A stretch of 63,788 nucleotides of DNA, the filler included, from Reclinomonas americana ATCC 50394 (Eukaryota): the NCBI GenBank assembly GCA_048213135.1. It is 6 parts of 2 records of this genome, joined end to end, with 100 filler letters (N's around TTAATTAATTAA, not from the genome) between each part and the next. Parts side by side here need not be neighbours in the genome. Positions count along the whole stretch, not along the records: positions 34,639 to 40,093 come from PS015262.1; positions 40,194 to 46,758 come from PS015262.1; positions 46,859 to 53,824 come from PS015263.1; 3 more parts are not named here. One strand, written 5' to 3'. Under the pieces are notes generated by a model. The model saw nothing but the letters and a program-made list of their open reading frames with translations, had not been told where the DNA came from and did not search any database. Below, piece by piece: positions 37,001-50,237 of this stretch (position 1 is the first letter of the stretch; each line of letters begins with the position of its first letter). The translations under genes and the position numbers were made by a program.

Positions 37001-40000
37001 TTGCTGTTCTCTTTTCTACACTGTCTGTCAACTCTTAATGGGTCAGAGAAAGGGTCAAGGGTTGAGGCCGACGTGGAAAAGGTGACAGTGAATTAGGTCC
37101 CCGTAGTTCTCCACACTCACCTGCGGCGGCGTGTCGGCAGCAGCGGAGCCTGGAGAGCGGCTGGCATCGAAATTGATGTCTTCACTCACCTGCACGAGAA
37201 GGAATTTAGTGCCCTGTGCTCCTCTCTAACTCGTTGGGCCTCACACACGGACGCAACTGCAGAATCATCGCCCGACGGTGACTGCGGAGGAGACGAGGAC
37301 GATGAAGCAGACGAGTCTTCCTCATGTTCCTCTTCGTCATCTTCGTGGTGCGAGGCGGGGGCAGGCGACCGAGGTGGGGTGTCACCGTGCGAATCGATAC
37401 TGGAGCGCGTGGAGTCCATGCCCTGCAACAACAACAACAACAACAGAAAGAAATGGGTCGTCTTTCCACGCTGTTCGGCGAAAGCGAACAATGGCGCACC
37501 GGTGATGCCAGTGGTGGAAGCAGTCGTGATTTTGCTCCCAGCGCGCCTGCGTCGCTGGTGGGCGACGTGGGGCTTCGGCCGATTGGTGGCAGACGCTCTG
37601 ATGGCACACCACGACAACATGAGTATCAACGCAACCGACACAGTACGCATGCATGCTCACGCAACTGCTTCCACCGGCGGCCACAGCCGACATCAAATGC
37701 GGTGCTGGCGACTCTGTTGGCAGTGGAGGAGGCAGCATGGGAGGCGAAGGTGGTACTTGTGCCGCTGGTGCCGGCACACGCTCACCCAAAGGCGACGTGA
37801 CAGCCAGCGATGGTGATGGTGACGGCACGGCGGGCGTCATTGGTGTTTCTGAATGAAACATGGTGATTCAGACATGGTACCTCACTTGTGTCACAACCCG
37901 CTCTGATTTTTTCCTTCTTCCTTCCTCCCTCACTTCCTCTACAGCGGTCAAGACTGCAGTGGCAACGCAACGAAGAGCAGACGAGTCCACGCTGAGATCA
38001 AACAGGCCAGTCTCGGAGAAGCCGGCAGGCGTGTGCGGAGTCATTGGCGTCCGCATGGCACGCGCTGCACTGTTGCCGATCACTGTCGGACTCGGTGTGG
38101 TGATGGCCGTGTGGACCGTGGTGCGCAGCGTCGAAGCCTAGTCGAGTGACATGAGAACGCGAGAGTGGCACAGTGTGTTGAGACGAAACACAGACCTCGA
38201 CAGCACCCGAAAAGTCCATCGAGTACTCTTCTTCTTCGTCGTCGTCACCGTTGCCGCCGCGCGGAGCGGCAGCAGCAGCAGCTGCTGCAGTGGCAGAAGG
38301 TTTCTTTGCGACTCCACTGTCTGTGACACTGGTGCCGAGCGCGCTGGAGTCGTGCAATGACTCGTCGCGAGTGACGTCGCGATCCAGATCCTACAGAGGT
38401 GGTGTGGCAGGCAGTGAGTCGCGCGGAAGTGTGTATTAAAACTGTGTCTGCGGGAAAGACACACACACACACCATGGTCGAGTCCATGAGCGAGTTTCCG
38501 TGGAACAGCTGTTTCACTGGACCTGTGCGGTGAGCGAAAGGAGACCATGAGAGAACGACGACACTGGATTTCACAGACTGTGATCAAGCTCACCAGCGCT
38601 GGCTGGCACCTGTGGCGTCGCGGGGGCTCCCATCGCTCCGCCGAGCAAGTGCTGCAACGAGGCATCTGGTGCCAGCGACTCGTCACGTGTGCCCTCCAAG
38701 TCCTCGGGCTGCGGTGGAAAGAATCAGCAACAGTGCACAGGGGAGCTCCGAGGGCTGCTGCTCACACACCACTTCCGACTCGTCGGCGACATCCGACTCC
38801 TCCTCTGCTGCAGCAACAAATGACAAAAAATAACAGGCTCCGTCAAGTTGTTTGCTTGCGCTGTCGACAACAATAACATCAACAAAACCTGCCGGTTCCA
38901 CGTTGAAACTGTCGCCATGGCCCTGCAACTCCGACTCCGGTTCCGGAAGCAGTGATTTGGGAAAGTCGCCCACTGGCTGCTGGACGCCACGAGACACGCC
39001 GGTTGACGAGCCAGACGCCTGCTGCGCCGGTCCATTACTGATTACACTGTTGTCGAGGCGGCGGAGGAGGGCGACAGTGTCGGGAGAGTCGGCGGCGTAC
39101 AGGCGACCTGCGGCGGATCCGCGCAGTGGTGTCATGTCGAGATCCGAGGCGCCCAGTTGGAAACCCTTGGAGCCGCCGCCGGCTGCTGCTCCATTGGCAC
39201 CACCCACCCCGAGCTTCTCCAGTTCCGTGCAGCGGCGACGAAGGGCCTCGACTTCTGCGTCGTGGCGGCGCTGCATGTCCTCCATGCGCTGTCAAAGGAA
39301 AGGATGGGACAGTTGTGAGGACGAGTGGAAGAATGGTGCGCGGGGGGTTTTTTCGTCCGTACCAACTGCATGGTGGCCATCATGCGCTTCTCCAGAGCCT
39401 CCAACTGAGCAGCAGAGGTCGTTGCCTTCTGCGCCGCCTCCATTGCAACTACTCGACCCTGCAAGTCGGAGATCGACGACCGCAAATGCTGCATCTCTTC
39501 TGCATCACGAGCCGAAGCTGAAGGTGCGGCTGGTGGTCGTGAGAATCGTCCCTCCATGTGCGAGACTTTCAATGCCAACTCGCGATATTGCTGTGCGCAG
39601 TAGTGCGAAACGGAAACGTGAGGAACGCAATGATGATGATCAGAGCTTCTACTTTTGGGTGTGACGCACATCTTCGTCGACTTTGGCCAGCATGTGTGAC
39701 TGCAGCACCTCCAACTGCTCGCTCATGTCGTCGAGATCGCGTCGCAGCTGTGCTGGATCTGCACTGCCACCACTGCATCGAGAAAAGAGAGCGTCGCGTC
39801 AAACAATTGTGGGATCATGCATCATTCAAGAGGCGGACGACGCAACGGAGTCTCTTTCGCGCCACCGACCACGGGAGCTGCTGCTGCTGCTGTAGCCGCC
39901 ACAGTGGGAGAGCCGGCCTTGGCCAATGATCGTTCAATGTCGGCCACTTGCGATTCGAGACGATGAACCGCTGCGGCCACACAATGGAAAGCGCATGAGT

Positions 40001-42977
40001 TGCGACAATCGAAGAGAGAGAAAGAGAGAGCGAGAGAGAGAGAGAGGCAGACAGAGGGAGACAGAGAGAGAGAGAGAGAGAGAAGAAGAAGGANNNNNNN
40101 NNNNNNNNNNNNNNNNNNNNNNNNNNNNNNNNNNNNNTTAATTAATTAANNNNNNNNNNNNNNNNNNNNNNNNNNNNNNNNNNNNNNNNNNNNAAGTGAG
40201 GGGAAAGGAAGAAAAGGGGAAGGGATTGGGGAGAAGGAAGAGAAGGGGAAAGAGGGAAAAGAGGGAGAAGGGGAGAAGGGGAGAAAGGAGACAGGGGGAG
40301 AAGGGGGAGAAAGGGGGGAGAGAGGGGAAAGGGGGGAGAGAGGGGAAAGGAAGAAAAGGGAAAGGGAGGAGAAGGGGAAAGGGAGAAGAGGGGGAAAGGG
40401 AGAAGAGGGGGAAAGTGGAGAAGGGGGAAGGATAGGAGGGAGAGAAAGAGAATGGAAAGGAGAAGGGAGGAAGGGGGAGAGGGAGGGAGGGAAAGGGAGA
40501 GAAGGACAGATAAAAAAGGAGAAGAAGGTAAGAAGGAAGGCGGAATTGGGGAAGGGAGGAAGAGGAATGCAAGAACGAGGAGAAAAGAGCGAGCATATAG
40601 GTGAAGAGGTAGACGGGGAATACACAAGTTGGGGCGAGTAAGGCAAGCTGAAACGGGGGAGAAGAACGGGAGAGAATGGGACGAACGCAAATGGGAAGGA
40701 GGGGAACACATATGCAAGAGACAAAACATAAGAGGTGAACAAAAGGAAAGGAAAGGGGAGGGACTGCATAGAATCGCAAAGACAAATCGTTTCTTTCACA
40801 ACGATCGTCACTTCCTGTCAGGATGCAAACAGAACGGGGAAGAAGAAGCTGACCTCGCTCGCCAGACGAGGAACGCAACTGTGTGAAAGGTCGTCCACTG
40901 ACTTTTCCAATGTGCTGACGACAGCAATTTCTGCTGTTCTCTTGGCGGCGTCCTGAGGAATTGGAAGTAAGTAAGTGAGTACTACAGGAGGTGCATACAG
41001 CAAAGGCACACCTCGTCAAGGCGGGTAGCCAGTCGCTTGTCGCCCTGACGAATCTCCTCGCGAACATCGTCGACCATGGCGCGAACACGACGGCGCTCTT
41101 CTTCGGTGCGCTCCTCTTGGTCGCGAGCAATGCGCTTGCTCAGTTCGTCGATTCTGTGCGGCAAGCAGGCGTGCATGTGAGAATCGGAATAGCAGGCAAT
41201 AAGACGAATCTGCGAGCGCGAGTCTCACGCAACTCCATCGACAACCGGTCGCGAGTTCCTCGATCGGTCTCCATGGAATTCAATCTTTCCAGAGCAGGTT
41301 TCACGTCGCGCTCAATCTCAGCTTGCCACAGATGAATGCGATCGCGGAACCTACACAAGCATTTGGTAAGGACATGCGGTGCGCGCGCGAGAGAAAGTGA
41401 CGCAACGCCTGCAGCTCGCGGAAATCGGTTTCGGTGCGCTTACTGCGATGCTCCATGTCAGTCATCTTGCCGGTGAGGTCGAGAATTCTCTTGCGTTCCT
41501 CCATGATCTTTTCCGTCTGGGGCGAAGCAAGTGAGCCACACGACAAAGAAAGAGAGACTCGTGTGCTCTTCTTCTCCTCCCCAGCGCACCAGCTGTTCAA
41601 CGACTGCAGAGCAGTCGCTCATCCGCCCCTTCACGTCCGACACCGACGTGTTTGTCTGCGTGCGGAACTCGGCAACGCGGTCCACAATGCCAGCAATGGC
41701 GTCCACTTGTTCTTGACGGAACTATGGGGCAGAAAGATAACTGAGTCTATTCCTGTCCTACTCTCTTCACGTCGCGCGATCTCCAAACCTTCATCAGCAT
41801 GTCGGTGTTGCGATGAATCGACTGCTTTAGCAGATCTAGCTCGGCACTCGATCGATCGCTCGAGTCGCGATCGTGCTTCTCCACGGCAGCGCGGAACGAG
41901 CGATCCAACATTGTTCGTGCCTCCTCCGCTTCGCTCGTGGCGCGCTCCAGTGCACCGACAGATGATCGGATCTCGTGCAGCGCGTCACGCAGATCCTTGA
42001 CAGACTTGTCGGAGGACTGAAACTTCTCCAGAATGTCTTCGTGAGCAGCTCCGCGACGGCGCTCCGACTCTGCGTGCGAGAGCGAGAGAGTGAGGGGGAG
42101 AGTGCGGAAGGGGTGAAAGAGTGTGGCCAACCGCACCTTCCACTTTCTTGCCGAGATACGTCTCGGCGTCCTTGATCTCCCGTCGAAGCTTGGTCTCCAC
42201 GCGCGTCACCTCTTCGTGCACATCCTCGCGCAGCTTCGACCCGCTGGCCTCCAACGCCGTCATTCGCGACTGCACGTCCATGCGCAGCTCATCGACAGCG
42301 AAGCGAGTCTCGGCCTCGCGCTCGCGGAATCCCAGATACGGTGAGGGTGAGCGGGGGCGAGCGTTGCCACCAAAGGCACTGCGAGGGAAGTGGGGATGGG
42401 TGATTTGAGGTGAAGAGGAGGGGGAAAGTAGCGAGTCCGCGCGCAACAGCATGGGGGAGGGCGGTCGATCCGGGGCGTAGCTGTCTGGCATGGTGGGCGC
42501 TGGCTCCGGCTGCACATCCATGCTGCTGTAGACGCTGTTGTAGCGCGAGCTGCTGGCGGTGGGGCGGGAGAAGGCCGCGGTGCTTGGGTCGCTGGGATGA
42601 GACGGGAAGGGAGGGTGAGCGAGAACAAAGAAGTGATGGGCAACATGGGGGCGCCGGGCAGGTGAGATAGAGAGGGGAAAAGAGAAAACAGCCGACCGCA
42701 CTGCACAAACCAAGTGCAATTCAACGATGCAAAGCAGGCGATAATGAAGGGGGAGTAAGAGAGGGAGGGAGTGCACACCAATCACATCACAGAGCGATCA
42801 ACAAGGAAGACAACTGCCACTGTCGCCCTTCTCCTCCCCTTCGTGATCCACTCCATCGACCCACTCACCGCACCGAAGGAGGGAACGAGAGACAGGGACA
42901 GAGAGACAGACGATCGCAAGAACGATAGCACCAACGAAACAAGCTCAGAAGACGAAACGCGGTGACATTGACGGGAG

Positions 42978-43052
<75 letters not shown>

Positions 43053-44852
43053 GTGAGAGAGAGACGACGACGACGACGACTACGTACTACCACCAACCAA
43101 CCAACAACGAACGAACACACACACACGACACTACTACTACCTACCTACCTACCTTACCCGTTNNNNNNNNNNNNNNNNNNNNNNNNNNNNNNNNNNNNNN
43201 NNNNNNNNNNNNNNNNNNNNNNNNNNNNNNNNNNNNNNNNNNNNNNNNNNNNNNNNNNNNNNNNNNNNNNNNNNNNNNNNNNNNNNNNNNNNNNNNNNNN
43301 NNNNNNNNNNNNNNNNNNNNNNNNNNNNNNNNNNNNNNNNNNNNNNNNNNNNNNNNNNNNNNNNNNNNNNNNNNNNNNNNNNNNNNNNNNNNNNNNNNNN
43401 NNNNNNNNNNNNNNNNNNNNNNNNNNNNNNNNNNNNNNNNNNNNNNNNNNNNNNNNNNNNNNNNNNNNNNNNNNNNNNNNNNNNNNNNNNNNNNNNNNNN
43501 NNNNNNNNNNNNNNNNNNNNNNNNNNNNNNNNNNNNNNNNNNNNNNNNNNNNNNNNNNNNNNNNNNNNNNNNNNNNNNNNNNNNNNNNNNNNNNNNNNNN
43601 NNNNNNNNNNNNNNNNNNNNNNNNNNNNNNNNNNNNNNNNNNNNNNNNNNNNNNNNNNNNNNNNNNNNNNNNNNNNNNNNNNNNNNNNNNNNNNNNNNNN
43701 NNNNNNNNNNNNNNNNNNNNNNNNNNNNNNNNNNNNNNNNNNNNNNNNNNNNNNNNNNNNNNNNNNNNNNNNNNNNNNNNNNNNNNNNNNNNNNNNNNNN
43801 NNNNNNNNNNNNNNNNNNNNNNNNNNNNNNNNNNNNNNNNNNNNNNNNNNNNNNNNNNNNNNNNNNNNNNNNNNNNNNNNNNNNNNNNNNNNNNNNNNNN
43901 NNNNNNNNNNNNNNNNNNNNNNNNNNNNNNNNNNNNNNNNNNNNNNNNNNNNNNNNNNNNNNNNNNNNNNNNNNNNNNNNNNNNNNNNNNNNNNNNNNNN
44001 NNNNNNNNNNNNNNNNNNNNNNNNNNNNNNNNNNNNNNNNNNNNNNNNNNNNNNNNNNNNNNNNNNNNNNNNNNNNNNNNNNNNNNNNNNNNNNNNNNNN
44101 NNNNNNNNNNNNNNNAGAGAGAGAGAGAGAGTAAGAGAAGAAGAACGCGAAGGGTTTGCGAGAAAGCAAGGCAAGCGCACATCGCTCACCAACACAAGAC
44201 AACGATCACCAGCAAGCAATCCTCTCACACTCTTTCCGCACCCCCTTCTCCTCCCCCACCTTCTCGATCCACTCCATCGACCCACTCACCACACCGAAGC
44301 AGGGAACGAGACAGAGACAGAGACAGAGAGACAGACGATCGCATGAACGATTGCACAAAATAAACAAGCCCGGAAGGCGACATTCGAGGGAGGGAGGGAG
44401 GGCGGGAGAGCAAGAGAAGGAGAACACGAAGGTTGCACAATGAAGCAAGATGATCGCGACACACTGAAGCGATCAGAGACAAGCACCAAACACCAATCCT
44501 CTCACACTCTTCCCCACAGACAACTGCCATTATCCCCCCGCCTTCGTGATCCACTCCATCGACCCACTCACCGCACAGACGCCGGCGAGTTAGATCGCGA
44601 CGCATACCGCGATGACGACGATGACGAAGACAACGTTCGACGTCCTCCTCCACTGCTTCCCGCCGGTATCGATGACGGCTGCGAAGGACCAGGTGCTCGC
44701 GGAAGCGGATAATGCGCAGTTGCTGATGTTGGTTGCTGTTGCTGTGGTTGTTGTTGATGAGTGTGTGAGTTGGATCGCAGATTGCTCTGAATGCTCTCAA
44801 TCAGCGCGCTCAGGCCGCTGTGGTGAGCGGCATTGCCACTGCGACTGTCCAT
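34081..44852 (-). CDS. Very large multi-exon hypothetical protein: coiled-coil N-terminal half, Pro/Ser/Ala/Asp-rich C-terminal half
   Basis: Chain of in-phase exons from MDSRSGNAAHH (44852) through heptad-like exons (42591-39000) and low-complexity exons to ..DAGDLL* (34081). It spans several gaps, so it could be two genes. Confidence 0.6.
42790..44575. repeat. ~280-bp tandem unit containing the intron-1 donor site, at least 3 copies
   Basis: gatccactccatcgacccactcacc at ~42846, ~44266 and ~44548; ggaacgagacag...agagagacagacgatcgca in two copies. Confidence 0.8.
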
Positions 44853-45573
44853 GTATGTGCGCGCACACGCACGCACGAGGTCTTGTTGTGTGAGGGTTGT
44901 GTTTTTTTCTCTCGCGCGCGCGATCAAAATAACGGTCCCATTTCGTGTCCTGTGCGGTTTTTCGAGAGTGGTGCGTGTGTCGATGGAAGCGGAGGGGTGC
45001 GTGCGTGTAGGAGGAGTGAGAAAGAGAGTGGGTAGAGTGAGCGCGCCAAGAAAAACCCGCTGCGGGAGGTGCAAACGTCGACGTCGATGTTCAGAATCTG
45101 ATGGCACAAGAGGCAGCCGGTGGTATTGCTGCAAAGGCATACACAGTGATCTCCACTTCTCGTTCCTCGAGGGCACGGTGGTACTGCACAGCGCGGCTCG
45201 ATGAATTCAAAGGTGTACACTTGCGACGTCGAGCTCACGATCGAGCTCAAAATCGCGCTCCCGACTACCAGACCGCTCGGTCGGTCGTTGAAGCGCACGA
45301 GGGCATTCGATGTGCAGTACTGTCATCCCCAGTTCTGCAGATGCGAAAAGCCATGTGGGTCGCGATCTCGAGGATAAAGACAACGTCGACATTGCTATTG
45401 TCTCCGTTTCACAGCGCAGTCACAGCAGCAACGAGGCGTATTCAACACGAACGTACAAGGAAGAGCAGTACGCAGCTTGTCTCGCACCTGAGTGGACAGC
45501 ACAGAGCAACACACGCGTGTCCTGCGACTCATCTCTCAAGCGAATCAATACGACGTCATCAATACGAAGGAGA

Positions 45574-45862
45574 ATGGGCGATCGCTCTCTCCTCTACTTT
45601 GAGGGCAGGTGCACTCTTTGTGTAATAGACCGCTTTCTCTCTCCCCTATCTCTCTCTCACTCTCTCTTGCTTGTGCAGTTACAACACATCGTTTGGTTAC
45701 AAGGACGAGGCGGGTGTGTCATTGTGCGATGGAGAGACGGATTTGTATGATGGATTGCAGGCATTGCGATTGACTGTTGAGTGGAGGATGATTGTGTGTG
45801 TGAGAGAGGGGGAGAGAGAGGGGGAAGTGTGAGGAATGCATTGTCAGAGTTGTCCGCTGGAG

Positions 45863-45896
<34 letters not shown>

Positions 45897-48102
45897 AGGA
45901 GAGAGAGTAAGTGGGAGAAGGAGAGAGGAGGGANNNNNNNNNNNNNNNNNNNNNNNNNNNNNNNNNNNNNNNNNNNNNNNNNNNNNNNNNNNNNNNNNNN
46001 NNNNNNNNNNNNNNNNNNNNNNNNNNNNNNNNNNNNNNNNNNNNNNNNNNNNNNNNNNNNNNNNNNNNNNNNNNNNNNNNNNNNNNNNNNNNNNNNNNNN
46101 NNNNNNNNNNNNNNNNNNNNNNNNNNNNNNNNNNNNNNNNNNNNNNNNNNNNNNNNNNNNNNNNNNNNNNNNNGGAGAGAGAGTAATGGGAGAAGGGAGA
46201 GAGAGGGAGGGAAGGAGGGAGAGAGAGAGATGCGTTCTTAGAGTTGTCCGCTGTGTTCTAATCCATATTGAGAGAGAGAGAGAAGAAGAAGAAGAAGAGA
46301 CAGGCAGAGAGACTGCTAATCCTCTGCCGTCCGCCGAGTCTGACTCACTGAAGATGAGAAGGCACAGAGATAGAGAGAGGGAGGAGGAGAGGAAGAAGAA
46401 CAACAGCAGCCAACAAGAATAAGGCAGAGTAGGAAGAAGTAGAAGGTTAGTAGATAATCCTCAGACTTGTCCGCCTTGCCTGTTAATGAGAGAGGAATGC
46501 TGTTGTCCACTCTTCTGTCTCCTTCTCTCTGTTTTCTGACTCCTGTATAGGCCGCCGATTACCAAGCGCTGATGGACCGCAACTGGCGACGCAGGTACGC
46601 GCCCACCCATCGCGCCTCTTTCTCCTTTACGCGCTCACTCTCTCTCACTCTCTCTCCTCCTCTCCTCTCCCTTTCTCTCTCCATTTGTCCCTGTCCCTCG
46701 CTCCCATTCTCCCTCTCTCTCCTCTCCCTCTCCATGTCCTCTCCTCTCCTCCTCTCCTNNNNNNNNNNNNNNNNNNNNNNNNNNNNNNNNNNNNNNNNNN
46801 NNTTAATTAATTAANNNNNNNNNNNNNNNNNNNNNNNNNNNNNNNNNNNNNNNNNNNNTCTCCCTCTCCTCTCCCTCTCCCTCTCCCTCCTCTTCTCTGC
46901 TCGCAGTGGCGGCCACATGTACCGCCCCTACAACGGCATCAATGCGTGCCCGATGTTTCCGATCCGCACTCGCGCGCACGACTACCGCATGTCGCACTCG
47001 CAGCGGCACGTGGCCGCGCGCTTTGCCAAGTATCTGCGCGGCGAGTGGGATCCTGCTGATCCGCCACCACCACCGCCACCGCAGCGGCGTGACAGGAAAG
47101 CTGGTGAGTGGGGGAGTCGTGAGAGTAGAAAAAGAGCATTCACCTTTGCTCATTTGTGTGTGTGTTTTTGTGGTGTGCACAGCCCCGCCACTGGACCTGT
47201 CGCACTTGCCTGCTGTACAGTCGCTCTCCGCGGCTGTGGACGCTGCTGTGGCGGCCGTGCTGGAGGAGAGTGGCGATGCAGCGGCTGCCGCTGTGTGGCG
47301 GGAGTTGCGGGCAACGCCGGTGGCCGCGCATCGATGGGGCGTGCCCAAGCCCTCGGCGCCGGCGGCCTCTGTGCAGTCGCCCCTGCCGCAGGTCGTGGTC
47401 GGGCAGTTGAAGAAGGCGCTGTTGGGTAAGGCGAAAAAGAATGGCGGTGGCGACGAGGCGGCGGGTGGCAGTGGGAGCAGCGAAGCGACGGCGTCNNNNN
47501 NNNNNNNNNNNNNNNNNNNNNNNNNNNNNNNNNNNNNNNNNNNNNNNNNNNNNNNNNNNNNNNNNNNNNNNNNNNNNNNNNNNNNNNNNNNNNNNNNNNN
47601 NNNNNNNNNNNNNNNNNNNNNNNNNNNNNNNNNNNNNNNNNNNNNNNNNNNNNNNNNNNNNNNNNNNNNNNNNNNNNNNNNNNNNNNNNNNNNNNNNNNN
47701 NNNNNNNNNNNNNNNNNNNNNNNNNNNNNNNNNNNNNNNNNNNNNNNNNNNNNNNNNNNNNNNNNNNNNNNNNNNNNNNNNNNNNNNNNNNNNNNNNNNN
47801 NNNNNNNNNNNNNNNNNNNNNNNNNNNNNTGCGTATGTGCGCCAACTCGATGCGCAATCGCTGGCAGCGGCAATCGCCGCTCGCGTGCAATACCCGGCGG
47901 CGGTGCGTGTCACGCGAAGTGGACATTGGTGACGACCAGCTCACCATTCCATACATTCATTCACACACAGACGTTGGTGGCGGACTCGGGCTTCCTGCTG
48001 GCCACCTTTGCCGACGAGGAGAATCGCGCGGCGGTGGAATCGGCGGCGGCCGACTGGCGTCTCTCGCTTCCCGCCGACATGGAGGCCGATGTGCCGCCAG
48101 TA

Positions 48103-48133
<31 letters not shown>

Positions 48134-50023
48134 ATCGCAGCTGCGGTCGACCTCACGAGTTCACAATGACGGTGGAGCGGTCGGAGTGCACGACGGAGAT
48201 TTTCGCGCTGTTTGACCGCTACCAGGTGGCCGTGCATCACGATGAGCCCGGCAAGAACTCGGTGAAGGGGTTCTCCAGGTTCTTATGCACCAGCCCGATT
48301 GCAGTTGCGATGTTTGGGAATGGGGTCAAGGGGCAAAGGAGAAGGGGAGGGGAGAGCGGAGGGTAGAGGGGAAGGAGTTGCGAGTCAGTTTTGACATGGA
48401 GAGTGGCCAGACTTGTCGTCGGCCATTCCCGTCGCATGGAGCTGCTGTTGTTGCGATGCTGGAGGAGGCGGTTGTTGCCGTTTCACACGCGCTGTCTCGA
48501 AACGAAGAGAGAGGGGAGGAGTGAGAGCAATAGAGGCTGTTGCTCTTGAGTGGAGAATGATGAGGAGGACAGGAGGCCTTTACAAAGCGTCTTTGTTGTT
48601 TGCCGTTGCATACGATCTGTGAGGCACGAAACGAACAGTAAGGGAGAGCATTGGTGTTGGGAATGGGGGAAAGCTCTTCCTTCTTTTGCTCTCCTCTTGC
48701 TCACTGGTTCCTTTATGTTGTCGTTTTATACGTGCTGTGAAGAGAAAGGGAGAGTGATGGTGTTGGGGATGAGAGATCTCTTCCTTCTTTTGCTCTCCTC
48801 TTGCTCACTGGTTCCTTTATGTTGTCGTTTTATACGTGCTGTGAAGAGAAAGGGAGAGTGATGGTGTTGGGGATGAGAGATCTCTTCCTTCTTTTGCTCT
48901 CCTCTAGCTCACTGGTTACTTTTTGTTGCCGTTTATACATGCTGTGAAGAGAAAGGGAGAAAGATGGTGTTGGAAATGAGAGAGAGATCCCTTCCTTCTT
49001 TTGCTCTCTGTCTGCCTCTCTCTTATGTGACTTAATGTTCCTCACTCTTCCATTCATTCCCTCTCACCTCCATCTCTATCGTTCTTGTACCGAGGGGGCA
49101 GTGGTGAAACTGAGTCATGCAAGCCTAACCTCCCTCAATTCGCGCTACAGACGACTCCCGGACCGCTGCAGGGCTACGGCTCGTTCCACATTCACTATCG
49201 GTGAGTCTTCATCTTCTCCTTTCCCTCCCTCTCCCTCTCTCTCGCCTCTCTCTCTCTCTCTCGCTCCTCCTCTCTTTCTCCTCCCCCTGTCCCCCTCCTT
49301 TTCCTTTTGTCCCCTCACGCCCTGCAACCTCCCAGTATCGACGGACACCTGTTCGCCGTCAGCGTCGTCGACGTGCTACCGAAGAGCCTGAGCTCGGTGT
49401 ACGTGTTCTACGATCCGGACTACAGCTTCCTGTACCCCGGCGTGCTGACCGCCATAAAGGAGCTGGAGTTGTTGAAGGAGACGGGTGGTCCGGGAACCGA
49501 GTTTCCGCATTTCGAGTACTACTACATGGGTTTGTTGGCGTGTTCGACCCGCCGCGTATTCCTGCTGGCGACTGACCGCAGAGGCGAGCACAGGATTCTA
49601 CGTGCACCGGTGTCCCAAGATGCGCTACAAGGCCGACTACGCCCCTTGTGAGCTCATGTGCTGGGAGACGCGGCAGTGGATTCCGTTTGAGCAGTGCGTG
49701 ACTCGGCTCGACGCCGATCCCAATGCACGGTTCGCTCCGGCCGGCGTCGAAGCAGCAGTGGAGGTGCTGCCAAAGGCGTCGGAGTTGGTGGCGTTCCTGG
49801 AGGGGTCGGTGACGCCGCTGGCGGTGAGTGAAGGGAGGGTGAGGGAGAGGGAGCGGGAGGGAGAGAGACTCATCTTTTGCATGTGCAGATGATTATCACC
49901 ATTATGGGAGCGCTGGGAGTGCTGATCGAGTCCGACGTGGAAGAGTACGGCAAGGCAGTGGGCGCGGAGGTGGCGAGGCGTGCGATCTATTATGTGCATT
50001 TACAGAAGTTCTTGGAGCAGTGA
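45574..50023 (+). CDS. ATE1: Arginyl-tRNA--protein transferase, multi-exon, gapped
   Basis: [110 protein letters not shown]: the hallmark ATE_N and ATE_C motifs. Confidence 0.95.
48675..49015. repeat. ~105-bp tandem repeat (3+ copies) in an ATE1 intron
   Basis: cttccttcttttgctctc at ~48675, 48780, 48884 and 48991, with near-identical intervening sequence. Confidence 0.9.
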
Positions 50024-50237
50024 AATGTAAAATGGAAGTGTCCTGCAAGGAGGACTTGTTCTTGCGTGTCTTACAGTGCCAACGCAAGAGGATGTCAGTC
50101 AGCGATCAGCAACCACAGCGTGGTGTGTGCAATAGAGAGAGATAATGTACTAGTGAGCAAGTGGCAACTCTCACTCTCTCACTCTAGACCCACTCAAACG
50201 CTGTCACGCAGTTGGCGAGCAGTCTCGCAGCATCACG

